Source: Amphiscolops sp. MND2022 (taxonomy: Eukaryota). From it: 64,000 bases of DNA. The notes below the pieces were generated by a model that was not told the DNA's origin, ran no database searches, and saw nothing but the letters and a program-made list of their open reading frames with translations. The stretch lies in assembly GCA_964187785.1 (NCBI GenBank), contig OZ076416.1:32922001-32986000 (forward strand), in the 5' to 3' direction. This document shows, piece by piece, positions 47,203 through 59,385 of this stretch (positions are counted from its first letter, which is position 1; each line of letters opens with the position of its first letter). The position numbers and the translations under genes are program-made.

Positions 47203-49766
47203 CTAATGGCACCGTTGGGCAGCGACCCCGGCTGATTCTACCTCTGTCCATCGATTGTGAGCGAGTTCTTTGTTTGGAATTACAAGATTTCCAGTGCACG
47301 GCGAGTCAACATGGTCGAATATGCCACAGTGAGCGCATTGGCGAATTCCAGGATAGTTGTCCGGAATCCCATCAGTCACGTCTTCAGCAGTTATTTTTAT
47401 TCCTTCTGGTTCTGGCGCAACTGCAGGTTTGCGAGCTTGGTCGCGATTGGGGCAATCTCGAGCGAAGTGGCCAGTCTGGCCACAGTTGAAACAAGCGCCT
47501 ACTGGAAGGCGTGCTACAGGTGGTGCTGCTGCCGCATTTGCTAGGGCGTTGTTTACGGGAGGTGGTAGTAGAACCCCTTGAGGAAACACCATCTTGTTGG
47601 GTGGTAATGGTGCAAAGGGATGAGGTCTTGATCTCATGGCATATCTGGGATCATACGGTACAGACTTAGGTCGAGTACGTTGCAATTGTCGGGTCGTGAA
47701 TCGCAAGGATTCTACCGTAGGATGTTCGCTAACAGTGGTCTCAGACGCATAGATGATGGACAGTTACCTTCGTAGGACGGGATGACGAATACCCTCAATA
47801 AAGCGCTGGAGGATTTCGTAACGTTTGGTTGTGAGAGGCTCTTCAGGAAAACCTTGGCTTCGAAGTCCTTCCAGGGCGTCCAAATACTGCATCCAGTCTT
47901 CCCTGTCGGATTGCTGCCGGGTGGTGAAGGCCTGGCGCACCTGCATGCGATTGCCTCCAGTCTCAAATCGACTAGCTAACAATTCGAATACTTTTTCAGG
48001 GGTATGCCTTTCAGACTCGGCTTTGTTGATAATGCAATTGGGAGTTTCACCTTCCAGGTGTCCGATGATGCTCCATGCTTTATCGTCGTGGGTTGCCTTG
48101 GCATGCGTGCGCTGTAAATAACGGCGCATCAAGAGGATCCAACCATCAATGGATCCTTCCTTGGATCCCCTGTAGACGCTAGGCTTAGCTTGCGTTTGGT
48201 CACGTCCAGCCAGCAAAGTGGCCAGTTCTTTGGACATTGCCTTTGAAATGGCGGCTGTGAATCGCAGCTGCTCTGTGGATATTACTTCCTCTCCCTCACT
48301 AGGGGCTGGAGAATTATCTTGACTGCCTCTAGTGGCTTGCACGATTCGCATTATCTTTCTGGCGAGTACTGCTGGCACAAGGTTTGCCTGTGAGCATTCC
48401 TTCGCTCACAGTCAAGAACAGTGAATTGGTTCCAGTCCTCATCCTGGCGGTAGCGTAGGCTTCGTCCTCTGTGCTGCTAGTGTGTGAACCAGCAGTTGCC
48501 CTGGTATCGGTCAAGTCAAAAGTCGACAATGTAATCAGCATTGGGTCTACTCCCTGATCCCGGGATTAGGTCAGCGACGTCGCCGGTGGTTTTGAGGTGT
48601 CACTGAGTGGGTTGGGCATAAATACGTGCACTTTTGTGGTTCTCTTATTTATTGGTGGTGGTATGACTACTTTGGGCTGAGTTTTGGGCTTGTCTTTAGC
48701 GTTATTGACGGGTTGGGGGTGCGCATAGGCACCATCTTACTCGTGGATGCAATAGGTTCGGCAGTTTCAGTGTGCTCTGTCTCAAGGGTCCTTGTGTGAG
48801 ATACAGTTCCACTTTGAGTGCGTATCTGATTACTGAGTTCAGCCAGTCGTGCTTCCACGCGGAGTTCGCGCTGGAGAAACAAGTCCTTCATTTCCTCCAA
48901 TCGATAGCCCATGGCGTCTACTTTTGCAGCTTGCACTGTTGGGTCGCGCTCCTCAGGCTACCTTTCACGAAGTCCTGCAGGGCTTTTATTTCTGCAGTCA
49001 TAACCTTGTGCTGTTCATTGCATTCGGCACGGGTATCGGCCAGACGTGCTAAGGCTCGTTGGGCTTCAGTTTCCGCTTGCAACATTGCAGTCCGTGCAGC
49101 AGCGGCTTCCTCGACAGCCCGATAGGCCGAAGACCTTCGTGATGAGGTAGTGGACGTGGCACCGTCGCAAGCTAACTCGTCCTGCACACACAGTGTTGGA
49201 GGACGCGTTTTTTGCTTGCCAGAGGTTTTCGCTCGACAAGCCTTCAGGCGATACTTAGCATAATTCATTCCATTGATATAAGTCATGCCCTCCAAGATAG
49301 TATCGGTATCTTTACTAGCTGGGCTGTCGTTGTCTTTGGGTGATTCAGAGCACCCAATGCGCACGGGGGTTACTTCCGCGGCCGTTTGGTTGGAGTTGGG
49401 CCACAACCCAGTCGTTTGAGGCGATGTTAACTCACCTCTGTTGTCTTGGATCCATTGTCCTGTGCGGAAAAGTTCTTCCGATAGGGGTGAGTTCAAGGCC
49501 ATAGCATTCTGCTCTTCTCGCCGTTGCTGATCGTTAGTAACGCAGTCACTCATTGCTTCTGAAAAGGAGGAACCAGTCGATAATGACTTCGTAGGTGGCC
49601 AGTCTCTCAGACTCACCTGACTTATAGTGTCTGAACTTTCGCGTTGGGTCGAGCTTATCTTTTGTAGTTCGCTCGAATCGGTAGCGTCAGACGCATTGGG
49701 CTCGCTATCTTCCTCCGTGCTATACGTGAAAAGTCGGACTACGGTTGCTACGCCCGCCCAAAACAT
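47203..49766 (-). pseudogene. Gypsy gag with a long N-terminal extension and CCHC knuckle, fragmented
   Basis: Fragments 48918-49766 (coiled coil), 48667-48936, 47764-48378 (YRGSKEGSIDGW..IIGHLEGE capsid-like) and 47203-47706 (CFNCGQTGHFARDC). Confidence 0.85.
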
Positions 49767-51765
49767 GATGCTTCTCCTATTGATCTAAGATACGTCACAA
49801 GATGATGCACCAGTATCTCCAGTTTCGACTCACTGGGCCGTACTGCCGTTCGTCCGTACCTACTTCTCGAAGCGTTGCCGGTGTGACAAGCGTCCAACCT
49901 GACTACGAGGTGTCCTGAGGTCACCCAATCCGCTCCCAGGGGCCACCGAAGTGTATGAAACTATGTCAGGCCTCCAGTCGTCTCGTGTGGACTTAAGCAA
50001 TTTTCAACTACAGAAAGCCTCGCGAAGGTCAAAATTGTTTCCGAGAGCCGTAGCGGGCTCAAAATCACACACGTAGTAGGTTTTCACACACAAGTCCGGA
50101 AAACGAACTCAGATCGGGTTTAAATCATCTACGAAACGGTCAGGAAGAGTTTACAACAATTTTTGTTTTTTCTCGAACAATGTTAAAAACAACACAAGTG
50201 GCACGTATTCGTCACTCAAGGGTCGGATCTAGCTCAAAATTGACCAGAGGATCTTGCACACACGTAGGTACAAGGAGTTGAGCACTAACACGGGCTCCGA
50301 GGATTGTACACTGTTTTGCCTTGGTACAGACGTGCGGTACTCCTATGTATCAATAGGGGTTAAAATGTACTCTAGTTACATAATCTCTAAACACTGGTTG
50401 CAGTCAGCGGTATGGTTTTTCCGCTAGCAGTGTGCGAACTAGTATCTGTTACGTTGGTGAGCAATAAACTGTTCTCACTCTCCAGCTAGGGTATTCGGGT
50501 CTTCCCAAAAAACCTGGAAAAAACGGCCTTTTTGTACCTGTTTTTATGCAATACGTTTCCGTCAATCTCTCAATAGATACTGCACTAATCGACACCAAAC
50601 TTGGCACACAGTGCCAGTATGTACCTACAATGCCGTTAGGATAGTCCAATTGCAGTGCTTGGGCTTGCGGAGGATTTTGGTAGATCTGGACACTACTTTT
50701 GAAAAAACAGTCTTTTTTGACACTTTTTTTCACAAATCAGCGAAGAAGGTTGACACCACAAACATTACGGCAGGGTCAGTGGGGTTAACGCATTAACCCA
50801 CGGGTCGTAACAGTATCACCAACTCTCAATTGGCAGTACCCGTTCGGTGTAGGACACCATCGGCTCTACAATTTCGGCTTTTTTAAGTTATTTCGGTACT
50901 ATTTTAAGTGGAAACGTTAGGGAGTTTTTCTCAATTTTGGTGAGAGCTATACCCACCAAATTTTCGGTACGAGTGTTTGTTTCCATGATAGTTACGAAAG
51001 TGTAACCACGTTTCAGCTAGGGTTTGGGAATCTATGTCCCAACCGTGGCAATCAGACAGTCCGGTTTTGTGGAATTTCGATCAAATTCAGTGCGTTTTTC
51101 CACTTTTCTCAGCACTGAACTGGAATTTTTGCACGCGGTTTTCACCACGATGCGTAATTTTTATTGCAAAAACAGCAAATTAGAGCGCCTAGGCTCTTAA
51201 GGTTGATTTAAGTTTTGGTTAACAGGGTTTTTCACACTATTATCTACAAGGGTCAAAAACAGTCGAAATTGCGAGAAATTCACATTTTTCTGGTCTTTAT
51301 ACCAGTAAATCGATCAGCCAAAGCTACTTCCAGTGCCCTGGGGTTGTGATTCACCCAAGAAACTCCTCTACAACAGTGCCCCAGGCTTCTATATCTAGGT
51401 GCGATAGTGAATTTAGGGTGTTTTCCACCCTCTTTCCCAGTTTTTGCGTTTTTTTATTGCAAAATTCCACTCTTTCGCCTAAAAGGGTTACGAGAACCTT
51501 TGAGCATTATTTTTCTCAGTTCCCGCAAGGTTCGAGGCTACTTTTGCCAACATACTGACAATGCTAACTTGGATTGACGGAGTGCCTAGACTCCTACCAA
51601 AAAATGCTCGAAAAACACGAAAATTCGTCCTGCGGCCAAGAACACATGCAATCGGTTAAAATAGGAGCAAAACTCTGGCTTCTCCTTCAGAGTCGAAACT
51701 GTCTTGGCGCTGAACACCGGAGGGTCAGATATTTTAAAACCATGCAGGAAAGCTTCCCAAAGACG

Positions 51766-51783
51766 ATCCCTCTGTGGTCGCCA
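51766..51783 (-). other. Primer-binding site, tRNA-Arg-like
   Basis: The + strand ATCCCTCTGTGGTCGCCA ends in CCA and resembles the 3' end of metazoan tRNA-Arg(UCG). The minus strand reads TGGCGACCACAGAGGGAT. Confidence 0.7.
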
Positions 51784-51799
51784 AAAAATGATGCTCCTA

Positions 51800-52514
51800 T
51801 GTAACGGAAAGCGCTTAGCGTTTATCCCCTACGCAAGGCGGAGGAACTGAAGCCATAGGTAATGATCCGGGACTGATCGCCATGATTCCAGTTCATTTTG
51901 TCCTCCTAGGGAGTGCCGGTCCCGAGAAGGGAGAACCGTCTCTAAGGATGCCTTCTGACCGGTTCCGGTCTGTAACTGCTACCAGTCACATGAAATACGC
52001 TTTGTAAATAGCCTGTAAAAATTGGGTTAAGCTGCATAAAACTGAATAAATTGGTCCAGATGGAAACCCATCACAAATGACATTAACAAAAACAGAGGTA
52101 GCTCTCGAGTAAAGAATTCATCAAACAACTAATTAACACGCCAAAAGGGCATGAAAATCCAATTTGACAAGTCTAAAATCACTCTGGGTGGCATGGCACT
52201 GGTTCTTAGGTTCGACACAACCCTGGGTCCGGGCGCTGCAATCACACGGACATGCTGATTCCGTCTGAGTTTCGATCGATACCGTGGGAATTAGCGCATA
52301 GGATTACGATTTTGTTGATTTCGTGACGTTGTACGCACTTCTCTTGTCGTTGTGTCACTTTTTTCCGCCTCGCGGGCCTTGTCAATCTACGCTCTCTATA
52401 CTTTTGCGGGACTGGTACTTCGTGAACACATGTTTGAGGGCCACGTCACTTTTGAACGAATTTTTCAGAAAATCGTCAAACTTCAAAAATTTCGTCGGTA
52501 ACAGGGTGCCGTTA
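51800..52514 (-). repeat. 5' LTR of the giant Gypsy
   Basis: TGTAACGGAAAGCGC...GTGCCGTTA, colinear with 29481-30214 but with many substitutions and an ~18-bp indel. Confidence 0.9.
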
Positions 52515-52559
52515 CGTACACTCCAGTCTAATTTTTGTGATAAAGTATTTAGATAGTTT

Positions 52560-55500
52560 CTACTACTATTACTGAAAGACCTAATTTTCTTCGTTTTAAA
52601 AGGCATGTTCTAAAAGGCGGTATAAATGACTTTTACAGGGTAAAAAGTAAAATTTCAGGCACGACAGATGCTACAAGAGAACTCAAAAAACCAAGTGCAT
52701 GAACGATTTATGTCGAAGGAAGACACCTGATTATGAAGGTAAATAGAAAGGTCCCTTCTGAAGCAGTTGAAGTTATCGAAGACAGAAATATTGACTGCTG
52801 ATAGGTAGTTAGAGTAGCAGCAGATTCTCTGGAAGTAAGATTCCTGGGTTTTGAATTTGTGACAGGACTTTACTGGAGAAAGATGGATGAATTTAGAGCT
52901 TCTGAGATCTTTAGCAGGATGGCTAAAACATAAAAAGTCTTTAATACTCAGGTCATATTTGCCATGGATGAACTTATTAAGGAAAAGCATGTCTTGGAAA
53001 ACATGATAGAACGAAATTGGAAGTGTGTATGTTGCAGCAAGTTCTTCAAGATAGTTTAATAAACCAGTAACCCATTTCAGGCAAATCATGTTGAATAATT
53101 CCAATTTACGTCTGTATATCGATGAAATGTACCATATTTGGGAACCAAATAGCAACACACTCAGTACACAAAGACGACAGTAAAGTAGCTTTGTACGGGT
53201 ACAAACAATTCGAGGCAGGTTTCGTTTCAAAAACTGGAAAGACTTCCTAGCTGCAATTAATTTAGTTTGAATATGCTTGTCCCAGAATAAGTTGTCAGAA
53301 ACCATGATACCCAAGTCTTTGATAGTATTCACAACTGGTAGTTCGTTGCCATCCAGGAAGAACGGTCCTATTGGTTCTCTATTTTCGAAGGAGATAACGT
53401 TGCATTTGTCAAAATTGAATCTCTTTAGGTTTTCACCCGACCAGTAAAGAAAACCGTTGATATCATGCTGCATATCAGAAGTTGTCAAGACTGAGTGAAA
53501 TTTACTGCCATCGGCAAGCAAGTAACTCAAGGATGTTGGCACTGTTTTGGGTAGATCGTAAATTAAGATAGGAAATAGAAGGGGGCCGAGCACGCTCCCC
53601 TGAGGAACAGCACCTCTAATTTTTGCAGAATCAGAAAGACACCCATTTACGTATACTTTTGAGATCTTTGATTTAGATAGGATTTGAAAAGCACCAAGAA
53701 ATCGGAGTCAAAATTGAAAGAAGCCAATTTCTGTAGGAATTTGTGATGAGAGACCAGGTCAAGTTCTTTGGAAAAATCAAAATTGACTGAGAAGCTGGAT
53801 CCATTCACATCAAGTTGAAGATACAATTGGTCAAGATAAGGGAGTAATTGCGTAACTGTTGAACGATTTTTAAAAAAACCATGTTGTTGGTCACAAATCA
53901 ATGGTCGTATTTGGGGATAAATGAAACGAAATATAATTTTTTCAAGAATTAAGGATAATTGAGTCAAACTGCTAATTGGACGATAATTTTCCACATTTTC
54001 GGGATTACCAGATTTGAGAATTGGCTTCATGGTAGAACATTTCCAGAAATCAGGCCACTGTTTTAATTTGATAATGGTATTAAAAAGCTGGGTGACAAGA
54101 GGTGCTAGTAGCCTAGGACCGGAGTAAAAAACGAAAGTGGGAATAGGATCAGAGCTCGAACAATTAGAGGATGCACTGGAAAGTAATGCTTCAACCATCG
54201 AAGTTTCGACTGTCATATCCTGCAGAAACACTAGCGGATTTTCAGCTATCGGTAAGAATGTTGAGTTGCTTGTTTGGTATACAGTGCTGAAGTAGGAATT
54301 GAAGAGGTTAACGATATGAATATTGTTGCTAGCTTTGATATGTTTCCAATGCATCTGGTTAGGTAAATGATTAAGAGAGAATAAGCGCAGGTACTTGAAG
54401 CAAGAGGGAGTCGAATTGGGTGATAGACTGTCAATCAAGATAGTTTTGTCCAGTTCGATAGAATTTTGTATGTCGTCCTTCAACTTCTTTTGATATGTTG
54501 GTTCATACTTGTTTTTGGCCGCTGTGCGGAGCTTATTAATCATATGTATAGAGTGAGGGGAATAGAAATATGGAAACTTAAGTCTCCTGTTAATTTTGCG
54601 ATAACAGGATGAATTGATTGCATTCATAAGCACTTGATACCAAAAGGTAACACAATCATCAAACAACAGTTTGAAGAAAACTGGAGTTAGGGAAGATCAG
54701 AAGATCATAGTAGCGAGAAGACAGATTCTGATTGAAGCAGCGAGTGGAGAAAGAAGAAGATGAATACTTTGATGTTGTTTGAGAACTTTGGTTGGACAAG
54801 GGCTTAGGTAAGGAAAACCATGCAAAAACAGCAAAGTGATCCGAGTACAGACTATCATCCACACAAACCGTAAAAAATTCTGGAGTTGAAGTCAATATGA
54901 TATCGAGTATGTTTCCGGACTTGTAAGTTGGTTCGAAAACAAGTGGCAGGAGATTTAAATAATCGACTTTTTCCAATATTGCTTCAGAGTAATCAGAGTG
55001 TGCAATGATTGTTGCCCAACAGACGTCCACCAAGTTAATGTCACCAAAGATTGTGAAAGAATTCGAAGGTACAAGATCGTCGTTGAAGTATGAGGAAATG
55101 CAGTCTATTAGAGAATCTGCTTGAATACGGTATGGAGAATTTGTGGGCTGGTTATAAATCAGCAGAAACATGTGAGAGCTGTATTCGTGAAATACGTAGA
55201 TGGCATTTGAGTAATCGTTTAGCTTTGAAACTTCTGAATGGTTTAACTGAAACTCTTTTTTGGTAGCTATCAAAACCCCACCATGTTCCCCAGTTAATCG
55301 ATCTTGTCTGGAGATTGTTGTATTATTGCTTTTTAGCGGAAAAATTTCAGAATTCTCGATAGATGGATAGAGCCAAGTTTCAGTTAGAAAGATGATATCT
55401 GGAGAAAGAAGACTGAGATGTTTCAGAAGTTTGATGCGTTGCGAAACACCGATAAGGCTTTGGACATTGATAAGGCAACATTTGATATGAGTCATTTTCG

Positions 55501-56300
55501 CAAGTTAACCTCAACACCATTTCTCATAAGTTTCAGACCTTTAATTCGCAGTTCTTCTTTGGGGACATTTTCATTGTTAATCATTTGATATCTTTTTGCT
55601 AACAGTTTACGTCTCGTTGCTTGGTCTTCCTTATCTAGCGATTTAGAAAAGTAAAGTGGCACAGGTTATGATTTTAGTTTGTAAGCTTTCGATAAACTTT
55701 TGCGAGCATCCCATTCAGAGGTAAACGTACAAGCAGGGGCCTGGGTCTTTTTGAATCACGCTGAGGATGTCCAAGTTGACGGGTTGTTTCAATGGACAAC
55801 ATGGGTTCACCAATATGTTGGAAAACGTCTTTCAACTTACAGTCATCAGCTTCAAAAGAGGAATGAAAGTCACCCTTGTCCTCAACAAGGCCTCTTATTA
55901 GAACCTCACGACAAGAGGGTTCTCCACTAGGGGGAGTTTTTGGCACTTTATGGGTAGGTTCAAGTTTTGTTTTAAATTCATCAAGAAAATTTGAATTGAT
56001 CTAACCGAAATTTTAAAATCTTTCTTAGCAATCAAAGAATTCAATTTAGCTTCGGATGTGAAAACAACATCGTTGTGGCAAACACTTTAGATCCAGAGAC
56101 ACCCTCTGATTCTGCCCATCACAGTGACATCATCTTGAGAAAGACCAGCACATTAGCAGCCATGATACCAAACACCACAAGAGTCACAAGCAATGCCAGA
56201 CGAGTCCTCATCCTTCACCATTTTCTTACAGGATCCACACTTGGATGCCGACGTAGATGTTTTGTTTGTCATTTTACCGGAAACTATTTAATAAGTTGAT
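52560..56300 (-). mobile_element. CR1 non-LTR retrotransposon 2, near full length, degenerate
   Basis: ORF1 from ATG 56272 with a PHD finger (CGSC..CDSCGVWYHGC*C..W), ORF2 APE (54659-55495) and RT (53647-54666, 52655-53593), and degenerate tail AGTAATAGTAGTAG at ~52560-52573. Confidence 0.9.
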
Positions 56301-57299
56301 CACAACAGAGACGCTTCTGATTGTGCCGACGGACTAGCGCTTCTGAATTGTCGCATCTACTGATTCATCGATCTCTGGGGCACTCAGGGCACTCTGGACG
56401 CCCTTGTACCCACTCAGGGAGAATTCTGGATTGGACTGCACCTCTAAACAAAACTGTCAATCTTGTTAGGTCATTCCGTTATCTACACTTTTCTTTACGG
56501 TCTTCTTAGTGGGCGCAAGCCCTTTAGACAACAGCCTTAAAACGATAAACACCATTAATCAAAAGCGTCTGAAAAGAAATTTTCTATCAACCCGGGGATT
56601 TTAGTTCAACCCAAACGTTTTTAACCCCAAGGAGAAACTGCGATTCTTTTTGTGGCGCAGCAGACGGAAACGAAGAAAGTTGCCATTTGGTACGACGTAA
56701 TCAGTAACTCGATTTCAAAACACCTGGCAACAGAAACACTCTCAGTAAATTCGAAACCTTGTTGAATCTTTCAAGAAACAAATAACGGCAATCTTGTACG
56801 CTCAGCGTGCCAGTTCACGTTTTATTTTTGAGCAACTCAAATCAACGGGGATCATCATTCTAGATGTGAGAAGTGGATTGACCTCAACGCGGAAAACAAC
56901 TTCCCAACCTTCTCAGCAGACCTCGCGAAAGTTCACCCAAACTGTGGGACTGGAATAAAATTACATAAAATCATCTTGAAGCACGGTAACAACCTTACAA
57001 ATCTTACCCGAACAAAGCACTCACTATCCGAAAACCTGCCAACTCATGGAAGAAGTTTAAAGGCTTCAAGGAATGCAGTCGAACTACATCAGTTTTATCT
57101 TAGGCGCCTCAGGGTCTTAAATGTCTCAGTAGCTACCTTGGTTGAAAGTGTCTGACTATGGGTGACCGGAACAAAAAACAAAGCAACAAACCAGAATCTG
57201 CAACAGTTGTCCTGAAATTTTTGGGAATGAAATTGCGATAATCTGTAATTCGAGCGAAAAGGGGTTTCACACCAACTGCGTTGGACTCAACAAACAATG

Positions 57300-57830
57300 T
57301 TTGGCTGTAAATAGGTCGATCTTTTTGGGTCGAAAGGACAGAGGTCGAACCTTTTGATCGAATTACAGGGATCGAAAGGAATGCGGTCGAATTTGATTGA
57401 AGCTATCTTTGTTCGGTCGAATTTGATGGAACGGGTCGAAAACGTTCTTTGTTTGCCTCAAGTCGATTGACTATCATAATGTGGGGCATATGCTGTGTAT
57501 GCACGCTCGCCCTCACCGTCGCAAACACCAGCTACCACTACGATTGCTTCGCGATCTTCGTTCCCGCTGGGTCTTTGCTCCTGTTCGACCTCGCTTAGCA
57601 AGATGGGAACATGAGCGACCACAAGGGGCCGCGGGGCACTAGAGGAAATGGGGATATATCCGGGACACGTTTTATACTTTTCTAGAAAATTCTATCTGCG
57701 GCAATTCGATTTGTTTCCCAAAAATCAAAATTTCGATCCGAGTTGTTTCGGCCCCTTTCAAAACTTTGGTATGTCGACCCGAGGACTAACTTTGATTTTA
57801 GATCCTGTTCCTTCGACCTGTTTCCGCCCA
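57300..57830 (-). repeat. Interspersed repeat family B, inverted copy
   Basis: Reverse-complement blocks of 28740-29400, rich in GTCGAA. Confidence 0.7.
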
Positions 57831-59304
57831 CCCACAAACAAAGAATTGGTCTCGTCAATGAATCGGAGGGTGCAATGCAATTCTGTAGAGCAACCGACCA
57901 ATGATGAAGTAGGCGATACAATCTGGCTTACGAATTGAATGACTCATGGAATCAGCAAAGGCGAATACTTAGCCGCATAACCATTGGAGCGAAACAAGGT
58001 CATTCAAGAAGCTTGCAACGATTGTGAGACAGCTCTGCCTAATCTAAAGCCATTTTTGTCAGATTTGAACAGGAAACCCCTACACCATAGCAATACCGTG
58101 CTGAAATACAAGCTCTCACACGCTGAAAAATGTGCCGCTACTGTTGGCGCCTCAAAATTGACTTGAGAAATTGTGACCAGAACGGGTCGAAAATCCTGGT
58201 TTTCGAACTGCTACAAAGACGTTGTTTTTTGGATTTCGAAGACGAAAGTAGCAAGCAGCCGATTTTTTTATGGCATTCGACCGATTTGGGCAAGAAAATT
58301 GAGAATCGGAGACAAAAATTTCAAAAAAAAGTTTTTCTGGCTCAAAATCAGACTTCCCTCTGATATAGTACAAATTTGGTGCTTTATCGTTCTGTTTGTG
58401 TAAAAAACCTTTCAAGTAGGTCATGTTTGGTTATATCTAGTCCATGCGGAAGTCGATAGAGTGTTTGTAACCTGATAGAAGCTTTGAGTGCAAATAACAA
58501 ATATAATCATGAACCATAAAATGGTGTAAATGTATGCTTTTTATATATACTTTTACATATTTTGGTGTATATCTTCATCTCAGTTAAATAGTTTGTTTCT
58601 GCTTATTCTATATATCAAGGCGCTTGTGTGGTGATGGTAAATTTAACCACAAACATCCACTATTAAGTATTTCCTGTATGTAAAAGTAACCAGAGTTAAC
58701 TCCTAAGACACCAGAGACCAGCAACCAAGTAGAGATCCAAATCAGTCGACTTTGCTACTCAAGTATTGAAGAAAGTGAAAGCTTGGAAGTTTCTCGTTCA
58801 ATTAATTCAGTTAACTCTGGCTATTGAAGGGCTTTTAGGAGTTGAACAAGTGATATTATATTGTTTCGAAATTCCAACGTCAATTTATTATATTGCATAT
58901 GGTTGCGATATTTTTGCTTGAGAAAGTTATCGTGGACGCAAGGATTTGGACTTATCGTCTGGTTTAGCAGATCAACGACGCTACCACTCATCCAGACAGC
59001 TAAGTTGATTCCCATAATCACAAATTAGAGCTCCAAAGCTACTTTATGTTTTTGAAAGAGAAAAAGTGCAAAGTCCAAGATGCAGTAATTGCTTCACCGA
59101 CTTCGGAAACTTATTCAAAGTAACACAAGCTAAATTTTCCATTGAAAATAGTTACAATACCACCCATTGAAGGTTCTGAGAAGTGGTTCTTGCAAGTGCC
59201 TTTTCTGGACAAAACAAGTTTTAAAGTTGTCCGCAAGTTGTCAACCAGGCCGTCGTAAAGCTTGGTAAGTGCTTCGGTTAGTTTACCTTGCAGACGTAAA
59301 ATTT

Positions 59305-59321
59305 TGGTGCCGCGACCCGGG
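59305..59321 (+). other. Primer-binding site of the BEL/Pao element, tRNA-His-like
   Basis: TGGTGCCGCGACCCGGG resembles the complement of the tRNA-His 3' end and lies 65 nt before the polyprotein ATG. Confidence 0.7.
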
Positions 59322-59385
59322 AAGGCACGTTTTGCAGACCCTTTTTCAAACGATTAGTACTTGCAATTTATTCATTTGCAAAACC

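Larger units (their letters stand above)
29481..52514 (-). mobile_element. Giant Gypsy/Ty3 LTR retrotransposon (23.0 kb), degenerate, with accessory ORFs
   Basis: Two ~720-bp LTRs, PBS, PPT, gag-PR-RT-RH-IN order on the minus strand, and TSD CGTAC (29476-29480, 52515-52519) if the outer LTR end lost 2 nt. Confidence 0.85.

Noticed and set aside
28740-57830. Inverted family B copies as the ends of one ~29-kb composite element
   Set aside because: The copies are clearly diverged, an assembly gap adjoins one of them, and no TSD is visible. Independent insertions are simpler.
57900-58430. Coding-like minus-strand frames (e.g. 58152-58424)
   Set aside because: Interrupted by stops and no recognisable domain.
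58600-59300. 5' LTR of the BEL/Pao element
   Set aside because: Probably present, but its boundaries cannot be fixed without the second LTR.
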